Origin: a virus | Length of the DNA stretch: 40,963 nt | Virus record (IMG/VR): IMGVR_UViG_3300029105_000019 | Strand: one strand, 5' to 3' | Part shown: in pieces, positions 23,949 through 31,502 of the stretch | Layout of the letters: every line of letters starts with the position of its first letter | Position numbering within the stretch: position 1 is the stretch's first letter | Program-made: the position numbers and the translations under genes | The notes under the pieces: generated by a model | What the model saw: the letters and a program-made list of their open reading frames with translations, nothing else | What the model was told of the DNA's origin: nothing | Database searches by the model: none

Positions 23949-24716
23949 ATGTCTCTTTCTTCCGATTCTGCGGTTCTGACCATGCCTGTTCAGCCCGCAA
24001 ACACCAACGGCGGCAACGGCTTTGGCTTTGGCAATGATGGCGCATGGTGGATCATCATCTTGTTCCTGTTTGCCTTCTGCGGCGGCTGGGGCGGCAACTG
24101 GGGCGGCAATGGCAACACCGGTGCCGGTGTCGTTGACGGCTACGTCCTGACCTCCGATTTTGCCAACATCGAGCGCAAGATGGATGGTATCAACAACGGC
24201 ATGTGTGATGGCTTTTACCAGCAGGCGCAGCTTGTCAACGGCGTTCAGCAGACCGTGAACAACGGCTTTATGTCCGCAGAGATCAGCCGCGCAAACCAGC
24301 AGGCGGCGTTCATGCAGCAGCTGTTTGCCATGCAGATGCAGCAGCAGGAGTGCTGCTGCGAGAACCGCTCTGCCATTCAGGGCGTCAACTACAATTTGGC
24401 CACCCAGTCCTGCGAGACCCGGAACACGGTGCAGAACACCACCCGTGACATCATCGACAACCAGAACCAGAACGCCCGCGCCATCCTTGACGCCCTGACC
24501 GCACAGCGCATCGAGGCAAAGGACGCAAAGATTGCTGAGCAGGGTCAGCAGCTGTTCGCAGCACAGCTTGCGGCATCTCAGGCAGCCCAGAACGAAACGC
24601 TCAAGGCCTACATGAGCGGTCAGCTGGCCTACTACAATCCGCGCCCCGTGCCCGCATTCCCGGTTCCTGCACCTTACCAGTACGGTAACTGCGGCACCGG
24701 TTGCGGTTGTGCATAA
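23949..24716 (+). CDS. Membrane-anchored Gly-rich / Gln-rich coiled-coil / Cys-rich protein (255 aa)
   Basis: aaggag RBS. GGNGFGFGNDGAWWIIILFLFAFCGGWGGNWGGNGN is a TM segment flanked by Gly-rich repeats. A long N/Q-rich helical region contains QQQECCCEN, and the C-terminus is YGNCGTGCGCA. Confidence 0.7.
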   Translation: MSLSSDSAVLTMPVQPANTNGGNGFGFGNDGAWWIIILFLFAFCGGWGGNWGGNGNTGAGVVDGYVLTSDFANIERKMDGINNGMCDGFYQQAQLVNGVQQTVNNGFMSAEISRANQQAAFMQQLFAMQMQQQECCCENRSAIQGVNYNLATQSCETRNTVQNTTRDIIDNQNQNARAILDALTAQRIEAKDAKIAEQGQQLFAAQLAASQAAQNETLKAYMSGQLAYYNPRPVPAFPVPAPYQYGNCGTGCGCA

Positions 24717-24783
24717 CTCAATAATGGCAACTTGTGCAAAATATGCGCATGTTCAGCCCCAGAGCTGATTTTGCAAACCAGAG

Positions 24784-24810
24784 CGCCGGGGCAGCAGTCC
24801 CGGCGTTTTT
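24784..24810 (+). terminator. Rho-independent terminator inside the accessory cassette
   Basis: Stem cgccggg/cccggcg (7 bp), 8-nt loop, TTTTT. Confidence 0.65.
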
Positions 24811-24830
24811 ATTACGAAAGGAGCATTCAA

Positions 24831-25052
24831 ATGACCGTAACAGACTTGAAGCAGCAGTTTGTTGACCATTTGGCCAGCATGGACAAAAACAAAATGAGCA
24901 TGATGGATCTGAGCGTATACAGTTCAATCGTGCGGACTTTGCTGGACACTGAAAGACCGGACTTTTCGGCTTCCTGCATGGATGTGCTGAAAAACATCTA
25001 TGCAAGTAAAGCGGATGTCTGTGCAGAAAAGGAGGACGCGAATAATGGCTGA
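24831..25052 (+). CDS. Hypothetical protein (73 aa)
   Basis: The ATG at 24831 follows a gaaaggag RBS. The upstream part of the track ORF contains the terminator. Confidence 0.55.
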   Translation: MTVTDLKQQFVDHLASMDKNKMSMMDLSVYSSIVRTLLDTERPDFSASCMDVLKNIYASKADVCAEKEDANNG

Positions 25053-25467
25053 ATTTACCTCTACCACGATCCAGACCGTGGCAGCCGGTCAGAATCTTCC
25101 CTTGACCGAAACCGCTATCAAGGGGTCAAATTGCATCGTGCACCGCGAAGGCGCTGGCAATGTGACGTTGCGTGGACTTACGAGTCAGTGTAAAGCACTG
25201 TTCAAAGTGAGCTTTGGCGGAAACATCGCCATCCCTACTGGCGGCACTGTGGGCTCTATCTCCGTGGCGCTGGCTGTCGGCGGCGAGGCGCTCAACAGCG
25301 CAACCGCAATCGTCACCCCAGCGGCAGTGGATCAGTACAGTAACGTCTTTGCGGCGGTGTTCGTGGAAGTCCCCCGTGGCTGCTGCGTTACTGTGGCGCT
25401 CAAAAACACTAGCACGCAGGCAATCAGCATTGCAAACAGCAATTTGATCGTTGAGCGGGTAGCATAA
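25045..25467 (+). CDS. Hypothetical beta-rich protein, possible BclA-C-terminal/C1q-TNF-like jelly-roll (140 aa)
   Basis: The ATG at 25045 follows aaggagg. The sequence alternates short hydrophobic/polar beta-like segments (VTLRGL..ALFKVSFGGNIAIP..ISVALAVGGEAL..VFAAVFVEVP..VTVALKNTS..ISIANSNLIVERV). The fold call comes from pattern memory only. Confidence 0.4.
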   Translation: MAEFTSTTIQTVAAGQNLPLTETAIKGSNCIVHREGAGNVTLRGLTSQCKALFKVSFGGNIAIPTGGTVGSISVALAVGGEALNSATAIVTPAAVDQYSNVFAAVFVEVPRGCCVTVALKNTSTQAISIANSNLIVERVA

Positions 25468-25483
25468 GAAAGGAGATAAAGTC

Positions 25484-25879
25484 ATGCTGGATAAATTGAA
25501 TCATCTGAAGGATGAGATGTGCGAAGAGCTCATGGAGCTGACCGACAAAAAGAACCGATCCCCTGGCGATGTTGAGATGATCGGCGAGATCGTGGATATC
25601 ATTCTGGACATCCACCGCATCGAGGATTATTGCGAGAGCGGCGAGTACAGCCGTGCGGGCGAGTGGGAAGCTGATATGCACGGCAACTACGGACGTACCG
25701 AAAACTATAGCCGGGGCAACAGCTACGCAAACCGTGGGCGGCATTATGTGCGCGGTCACTACTCGCGCGGCGATGGCCGGGAAAAGATGATCTCGGACAT
25801 CGAGGACATGATGCAGGACGCCACCGGCGCAGAGCGCGATGCCTACAAGCGGGCAGCTGACATCTTACGCAACGCATAA
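25484..25879 (+). CDS. Hypothetical protein with Y/R/G/N-rich central segment (131 aa)
   Basis: gaaaggag RBS. The central segment is HGNYGRTENYSRGNSYANRGRHYVRGHYSRGDGRE. Confidence 0.6.
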   Translation: MLDKLNHLKDEMCEELMELTDKKNRSPGDVEMIGEIVDIILDIHRIEDYCESGEYSRAGEWEADMHGNYGRTENYSRGNSYANRGRHYVRGHYSRGDGREKMISDIEDMMQDATGAERDAYKRAADILRNA

Positions 25880-25896
25880 GAAAGGGGGCGGCAGGC

Positions 25897-26232
25897 ATGG
25901 ACATCGTGGAAATCAATGAACACATCCGAAAGCTAAAATGTGAAGAAACGAACTGGCAGAGCGTGGAAAAGCTTGCCGCCCTCTGCACTGTGCGAAATGA
26001 GTTGAGCGAAGCAGAAAGCCGGGAAAACAGCCCAGCTCCGCAGCCTGAACCAGTTATGCAGATGGAGTATTCCACAAGACCACAAGAACCGCAGAGCGAA
26101 TTTGTAGAGGCTGCAAGCGCTGTGCCGTTCAGCGGTCTGATACGGGTGCTTGACGAGCACATGAATGCCATAAAATTGGTATATCCAAAAGAGTATGAAA
26201 TGGTCATGCAACGCATTCGTTTGCTAGATTAA
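25897..26232 (+). CDS. Hypothetical protein (111 aa)
   Basis: aaaggggg RBS. It is the last gene before the 26292 terminator and attP. Confidence 0.6.
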   Translation: MDIVEINEHIRKLKCEETNWQSVEKLAALCTVRNELSEAESRENSPAPQPEPVMQMEYSTRPQEPQSEFVEAASAVPFSGLIRVLDEHMNAIKLVYPKEYEMVMQRIRLLD

Positions 26233-26291
26233 ATGCTAGATTGTGCGGCTTTTCGTCATGTTTTTGCGTTGTGTTTTGGAAAATGAAAAAT

Positions 26292-26343
26292 AAAAATAGC
26301 ACGGCAAAATCGTTAATTTCTTACGATTTGCCGTGCTATTTTT
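26292..26343. terminator. Strong bidirectional terminator hairpin
   Basis: A ~17-bp stem pairs atagcacggcaaaatcg with cgatttgccgtgctat (one bulged A). It is flanked by an A-run and a T-run. Confidence 0.8.
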
Positions 26344-26352
26344 ACATAATTT

Positions 26353-26408
26353 TGGAGCAGGATACGGGACTCGAACCCGCCGCCTACTGCTTGGGAAGCA
26401 GTCGCTAC
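26353..26408 (-). other. attP core: 3' 56 nt of a tRNA-Gly(CCC) gene (anticodon arm to CCA), no 5' half
   Basis: The reverse complement is gtagcg-actgc-TTCCCAA-gcagt-aggcg-gcggg-ttcgagt-cccgt-atcctgc-T-CCA. No matching 5' acceptor strand (gcaggat) or D arm lies upstream. It is adjacent to the integrase gene. Confidence 0.75.
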
Positions 26409-26465
26409 TTGCAATAATAAACGGTATAGCGTTAAATAAATGTGTGGTGCTAGATATTTGCTAGA

Positions 26466-27605
26466 CTATTGATTAAACTTTTCCATTTCCTCTTTGAGAT
26501 ATTTTGCATCGTGTTCGGTATAATAATTGGCAGTTGTGGAAAAATCTGCATGTCCCATAATGGCCTTAACGGCTGTAGGTTCGGCTTTTCCTTCAACCAG
26601 ACGGGTTGTAGCCGTTCTGCGCATTGTGTGAGGAACGGCTTCCTCAGAAATTCCACAGCGTTGCATAAGGATTTTGAATGCTTTTTCAACTCCGCTGTCA
26701 CTGCGCTTTTTACCCTTTCGTTTTGGCGGCAAAAGCAAATCGCTTCCAATGCTATCTACCATCCATCCCGCCAGAATCATTTTTATTGGTTCCAGGACCG
26801 GTATAGTTCGCTCACGTCCAGCATCGCTTTTTTCGCCGCCAATGATATACCCGTTCTGCAAATCAACATCTTCACGCCGAAGCGTTAAAAGTTCATTGAT
26901 ACGCATACCTGTATAATACAAAACCATTGCAATCTGTGCAATTTCGTGCATATCGTCTTGTCGGTCAGATGCAATTTTTTGGATTCTGGCAATTTCGTCT
27001 TTTGAGATCACAACTCTTTTCTTTTTCTTTTCGGATGGAAGTTTTAACTCTTCCGCAAAGTTGTGAGATATTATACCGTTTCCCATAGACCACTTACACA
27101 ACTGGCTAAACAGTTGCTTTTGCTTTTCGCACGATGATCTTGACAGTCCTTCATTCACAAGATTGTCAATGATCCGCTGATAATCTGCGGTTACAAGGTC
27201 CCTGATTTTGAAGTCCCAAAGTGGTGCAGCTTTTTGGTATGCCCATGTATAGCTGTATTTGCCATCGTCGCCAAGGTTCTGATAATGTGTCTCGCTCCAT
27301 TTTTCGTATACGTCCGAAAATGTATACTTGAGCTTTGTTAGGGGCCTGTTTTGCGAGTTGTACGCATCCAGAGCTTGGACAGCTTCACCAGGAGTTTCAT
27401 ATGTTCCAAGCACTTCACGTTTTGCCGTAAGGGCTACGTATGGCCTTGCTCTGGTTCCGCACATTTTGTACACACTGCCGCTGCCCTTTGGGCGGCGGCG
27501 TTTTTTTCTTTGCGCAGGCGGTGCGGTCTCTGGCTGACGCTTGCCACACCATGGGCAGAATGCAGCGCCGTCCGGGATCTCTCGCTTGCATCTGATGCAG
27601 TTCAT
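26466..27605 (-). CDS. int: Tyrosine integrase with N-terminal zinc-ribbon
   Basis: The N-terminus is MNCIRCKREIPDGAAFCPWCG. The C-terminal catalytic region includes ...TGMRINELLTL..., HTMRRTATTRL and GHADFSTTANYY (R..HxxR..Y pattern). Confidence 0.9.
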   Translation of the reverse strand: MNCIRCKREIPDGAAFCPWCGKRQPETAPPAQRKKRRRPKGSGSVYKMCGTRARPYVALTAKREVLGTYETPGEAVQALDAYNSQNRPLTKLKYTFSDVYEKWSETHYQNLGDDGKYSYTWAYQKAAPLWDFKIRDLVTADYQRIIDNLVNEGLSRSSCEKQKQLFSQLCKWSMGNGIISHNFAEELKLPSEKKKKRVVISKDEIARIQKIASDRQDDMHEIAQIAMVLYYTGMRINELLTLRREDVDLQNGYIIGGEKSDAGRERTIPVLEPIKMILAGWMVDSIGSDLLLPPKRKGKKRSDSGVEKAFKILMQRCGISEEAVPHTMRRTATTRLVEGKAEPTAVKAIMGHADFSTTANYYTEHDAKYLKEEMEKFNQ

Positions 27606-28195
27606 TCTTGCCGTCCTCTCTTTGTTGTGTAGGATGTTTCCCCGCGTCTGGCCGCTTCCTTGCCCGCCTTGTACGCAGTAGTCAGCAGTTCCACCGGCGG
27701 GTGCACCTCATCCGGCACGGGGTCTGTGTGTGTTGCAACAGCGCAGTTATAGTTATCCAGCACCTGACCGCAAACCGAAACCTTATTTTGCAGCGGGGTG
27801 TGGAGATTGGCGCAGATTTCGGCGATCACCGCCGGGGGATAGCTGCCATGCTTGCCCAACACGATGAAGAGGATCATCTCTTTGACGATGCGGGGGGAGT
27901 TGTCCAAAAAGCCTGCTATCGCTGCATCCAGTTCCTCGTCCGTCATGTCGGTGGCCTGCTTCCGATACAGCTCCGGGTGCAGCATCTCCTGCATGGCAGC
28001 AAGCGGGGAAGCCCCGCAGGCGGTGAACCAGTCCATGATCTCGTCACCGTCTGGGCTTGTGTCTCCTTTTTCCCAGTTCTGCACGGTGCGCTCGTTCATT
28101 CCGATCAGGTGCGCCATTTCCCGCTGGCTCAAGCCCGCTTCCACACGCGCCTTTGCCAGCGCAGTGCCAATTTTAGTCGCCGTAAAATAACTCAT
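27602..28195 (-). CDS. XRE-family HTH regulator with unknown C-terminal domain (197 aa)
   Basis: The HTH is LAKARVEAGLSQREMAHLIGMNERTVQNWEKG. The stop overlaps the integrase start (ATGA), so the two are co-transcribed. Confidence 0.75.
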   Translation of the reverse strand: MSYFTATKIGTALAKARVEAGLSQREMAHLIGMNERTVQNWEKGDTSPDGDEIMDWFTACGASPLAAMQEMLHPELYRKQATDMTDEELDAAIAGFLDNSPRIVKEMILFIVLGKHGSYPPAVIAEICANLHTPLQNKVSVCGQVLDNYNCAVATHTDPVPDEVHPPVELLTTAYKAGKEAARRGETSYTTKRGRQE

Positions 28196-28359
28196 ACTCG
28201 CCCTTCCCCTCGAAATATATTGCGCGAAACAAACAAAAAATGGCGCAGAAAAATTCTGCGCCGTTCGACAAAATGATTGCTAATTTCAATTTCCTCTGGC
28301 GCATGGTAAAATTTGGCACATAGGTTGACACAATCACCAAAAATCAGGAGGAAAATAAA

Positions 28360-28470
28360 ATGGATTTAGAGCAAAGAAACAGTAAAGAAAACGAAATGAC
28401 TCTCATTGACGGAATGCCTGCCAGCGTTCTGACTGGCACCGACCGCACACCGCAGCCCTGGGAGGAATGA
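28360..28470 (+). CDS. Hypothetical micro-protein (36 aa; below the track cutoff)
   Basis: A strong aggagg RBS lies 8 nt before the ATG at 28360. The stop is 3 nt before the next ATG. A TGgTAAAAT extended -10-like element lies at 28305-28313. Confidence 0.4.
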   Translation: MDLEQRNSKENEMTLIDGMPASVLTGTDRTPQPWEE

Positions 28471-28473
28471 TCT

Positions 28474-28677
28474 ATGGATAAGATGCAGCTGTTTTGTCGC
28501 CACATCCGCGCCGCGCTGGCCTGCTATGAGGACATGCAGCCCGAAGGGCAAGCCCGCGCCCGGCTCTACGTCACCCGCAAGGCCGGTGCCATCCGCAACC
28601 TCAAAGCCGCTTCCGATGCTCCCGGCGGGGATCTGGCAGGGGAGCTGTTGCAGAAAATACAACAGCTCAAGAATTAA
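28474..28677 (+). CDS. Hypothetical protein (67 aa)
   Basis: gggagga RBS. The 3' end overlaps the convergent lipoprotein gene by 11 nt. Confidence 0.5.
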   Translation: MDKMQLFCRHIRAALACYEDMQPEGQARARLYVTRKAGAIRNLKAASDAPGGDLAGELLQKIQQLKN

Positions 28678-29767
28678 AATAATCCCAAGCAGCAAGCACA
28701 TCTTTGATTCCTTGCTTGTCTTTTTCAGGAACTTCAAAGTCATAGCAATAATCTGAACCTTGAAAACGAATAATCGTTTTTTTGGAATTTGCGATGTCGG
28801 AAAGCAATGTCAAGCGAGTTCCTCCTGGAACAAAGTCTGCGACTTCATAAAGATTACCGCCGACAACTGCATCTCTGGTCACATCCGAATAGTCAAACTC
28901 AATGGTGTCGCGTTTTTCTCCATCAATATTGATTACAATTGACGTGAAGAACACCCAGTTGCTATTTGCGTAATCCACTTTGCAACACAGCCAATAATGA
29001 CCATCTCGTTCTCCAATGTACGGAAGGACAAAGCACCGAGAGTTTGAATATTTGGGGTAGCAAGATGGTTCATACCAAGTAATACCCTCTACCTCGTCTT
29101 TTTTTGTCTTAAGTTTGGAAACAGCTGCTTTACCTTCAGCTTCTGCGGCTTCACGTTTCAGCTGGTTTATCGTTCCGTTGGCTTCTGTCAAAACGTTATA
29201 GTTTGTAATGTCCGCCCGACGGTTTGAGGGAACATCTTGATAAGCTGCAGTTGCAGCGTCGATGGCTTCTTGAGAATTGAGCGAAACGTCTCCAATCTGG
29301 TTGATGGCTTCAATGGCAGTCTGAACAACGATATCTTCCATCGCTTTCTGCGCCGCAGTCAGAACGTCCGTATTGGAAACGGCATATTTTACATCGACAG
29401 ATGCGCTCTCATACAACTTGCTTGCATTGTCAACCGCTTCCTTTGCTTCAGCAGTGACCGGCTGCGGAATTGCATTGATCGCATCTTCAATCGGCGCAGC
29501 ATGCTCCGTGATAAGGGCACTATAGGCGGATTCCGCATCCTGTAGTGTTTGCGCGTTCTCCACCTTGCTCTGCTGGTCACCAAGATCCGCATAGGCAGAG
29601 GAAGCAGCGTCAATTGCATTTCCGCTGGACAATGTAACGTCACCGATGCTGTTGATGAGATTCTCGGTGTTTTTCACCTCGCTGCTTTTGCACCCTGTAC
29701 ACGTTGCCGCAATGGCAAGGCAGAGAGACGCCGCAAGTAGCTTTGTCGATTTTCGACCAAGTCGCAT
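28667..29767 (-). CDS. Lipoprotein with internal repeats (366 aa), moron
   Basis: The signal peptide plus lipobox-like sequence is MRLGRKSTKLLAASLCLAIAATCTGCKS. Repeated I..IGDV(T/S)L.S..AIDAA..AY segments occur. The gene is AT-richer than the phage core. Confidence 0.7.
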   Translation of the reverse strand: MRLGRKSTKLLAASLCLAIAATCTGCKSSEVKNTENLINSIGDVTLSSGNAIDAASSAYADLGDQQSKVENAQTLQDAESAYSALITEHAAPIEDAINAIPQPVTAEAKEAVDNASKLYESASVDVKYAVSNTDVLTAAQKAMEDIVVQTAIEAINQIGDVSLNSQEAIDAATAAYQDVPSNRRADITNYNVLTEANGTINQLKREAAEAEGKAAVSKLKTKKDEVEGITWYEPSCYPKYSNSRCFVLPYIGERDGHYWLCCKVDYANSNWVFFTSIVINIDGEKRDTIEFDYSDVTRDAVVGGNLYEVADFVPGGTRLTLLSDIANSKKTIIRFQGSDYCYDFEVPEKDKQGIKDVLAAWDYFNS

Positions 29768-29847
29768 AAGTACACCTCACAACGATTATTTTGTAAATAC
29801 TCTTTACACATACCACGATTAGTTGTATAATGCGGTTGTAAACAAGT

Positions 29848-30564
29848 TTACAGGCCAAGCAACTGAGATTTCTTTGCGTTGTACTCCGCTTCCGTGATGG
29901 CCCCCATATCCAGTAGCTGTTTAAGCTTCAAAAGCTCATCAGCGGCGCTGGGGGCAGCCGGAGCGGCAGCCTGCGGCTTCTCATGGCTGACTTTGCAACT
30001 CTTGAGAAACGCAGTCATTCCGCCGGGATAAACCGTTGTCGGCAAGTTGCTTTCGCCCAGTGGAAGCGCAAAGTGGATAGACACGCTCTCTTTACTGCGA
30101 CCCTTGCGGGTCTCTGTTTTAGCGGTGGCAGCGCCCACGATCGCACCCACAGGCCCGGCAACGGCTGCACCAATCACGGAACGGCCAATACCGCCCTTTG
30201 TCTCTGTCACCGTCAGATCGTCAGGCGCGTCAGATTCATAACCGGCGACTTCATCAAAGCTGTAGATCATGCGAGGTCCTTTATCACCACTGCGGTGTCC
30301 AATGCAAAACAAACGGTCGGTTTTGTCAATCGACACAAAGAGCGCGTCACCATCATAGATGGAATCGGTTTCTTTGAACACTTTCCGACGCTGTTCCAGT
30401 GTAACCCAGTAGCCCGCAAGGGCAGCTGTCGGTTGCTTTGCAGCCCGGATGCCCAATTTTGAAAAGAAAAAGTTGCTGCAGCTGGCGCAAATCAAGCCAT
30501 CCGCGCTTTTCTCACGGTTCAGAAAGCCCAACTTGCCGCCGCAGACGGGACAGATACTTGCCAT
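29848..30564 (-). CDS. Zinc-ribbon / glycine-zipper / SHOCT-domain protein (238 aa)
   Basis: The ATG at 30564 follows a gaggtgg RBS. The N-terminus is CPVCGGKLGF...DGLICASC. The Gly-zipper is GRSVIGAAVAGPVGAIVGAATA. The C-terminal ELLKLKQLLDMGAITEAEYNAKKSQLL is a SHOCT pattern. Confidence 0.7.
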   Translation of the reverse strand: MASICPVCGGKLGFLNREKSADGLICASCSNFFFSKLGIRAAKQPTAALAGYWVTLEQRRKVFKETDSIYDGDALFVSIDKTDRLFCIGHRSGDKGPRMIYSFDEVAGYESDAPDDLTVTETKGGIGRSVIGAAVAGPVGAIVGAATAKTETRKGRSKESVSIHFALPLGESNLPTTVYPGGMTAFLKSCKVSHEKPQAAAPAAPSAADELLKLKQLLDMGAITEAEYNAKKSQLLGL

Positions 30565-30774
30565 GATAACCACCTCAAAATAACAAAAATAGGCAGCCAA
30601 ACAGCTGCCGAAACCTTAAATTATCAATGATCTAGCCAAAGGGGGAAAATAAAGTGCAAGATACTAGCACAAAATTGATGAAATCAACACCGGAATGTGT
30701 TATACTTGAGAAAATCAAGCTTGCACTTTCCCTTGGTATCGACGTGGATAAACTCTTAAAGGAGGCAATGCAAA

Positions 30775-31146
30775 ATGTCGAATAATACGCTTCTTCTGCT
30801 TATCATTGTTATCCTCATTGCAGCGATGCTTGCAATTCTGGTCTACGAGTTTCTTCACTTCAATGATTTTGCGCTTTTTCGTCGAAAGCCGGAACCGGAG
30901 CCGGAACATAAGCACCTTGACGACCTTTTCCGAGCAGAAGTCATGTATACAGGCGTGACCCTCGGAAGTATCTGCGAACTTTGCCCCAAAACCATTTTTA
31001 GGGTAAAGGACGGACGCGGCGGGTATTTCGCTCTCGACACAGAAAAAGTGGATGAAAAAAAGCTGCGCTTTTACAAAACCATTTTTGTTAAAGCACTGGA
31101 TGCCCCGAATTACGAGCTGGAGGTGCCTGACCCGTCACTTCTTTGA
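30775..31146 (+). CDS. Small membrane protein (123 aa, N-terminal TM)
   Basis: aaggagg RBS. The TM segment is LLLLIIVILIAAMLAILVYEFL. Confidence 0.65.
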   Translation: MSNNTLLLLIIVILIAAMLAILVYEFLHFNDFALFRRKPEPEPEHKHLDDLFRAEVMYTGVTLGSICELCPKTIFRVKDGRGGYFALDTEKVDEKKLRFYKTIFVKALDAPNYELEVPDPSLL

Positions 31147-31502
31147 GACACTAAAAGCGTTAATACCGTACTCACGACAGCAGAGAGCACCGCAATGACA
31201 ACACTCTGAGCAAATTGTTTGCGGCTGATTCTCTGCTGTCTTTGCTTTTCGATAAAATAAAGAACGCCCTTTTGAGTAAGAGAAATAGAAAAATTCTCAA
31301 AGATGCCATTTTCTGTAAAATCATATACCATTATCAAGCCATCCGCCCACAAAGATTCAATCAAAGACTTTGGATTTTTTATGCCATTTTTAATAAAAAT
31401 GCTAGGTGTAAAATAATCGTCATCTTCATGGGTTTCGTAATAGTCACAAATTATTTTCATGCCTTTATGAATCTGGGCTTCGCTAACCATTCCCGTCACC
31501 AT
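31110..31502 (-). CDS. C-terminally membrane-anchored protein co-transcribed with the repressor (Sie-like candidate)
   Basis: The C-terminal TM is SVVIAVLSAVVSTVLTLLV. The start overlaps the 3' end of the repressor gene. Its 3' end overlaps the convergent 30775 gene by 37 nt. Confidence 0.6.
   Translation of the reverse strand: MVTGMVSEAQIHKGMKIICDYYETHEDDDYFTPSIFIKNGIKNPKSLIESLWADGLIMVYDFTENGIFENFSISLTQKGVLYFIEKQRQQRISRKQFAQSVVIAVLSAVVSTVLTLLVSQRSDGSGTSSS

Larger units (their letters stand above)
26222..26466 (+). repeat. Four direct TGCTAGA(T/C) repeats flanking the attP core (candidate integrase arm-type sites)
   Basis: Copies lie at 26222-26229, 26234-26241, 26448-26455 and 26459-26466. 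That is two on each side of the tRNA-derived core, spaced 11-12 nt apart. Confidence 0.55.
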
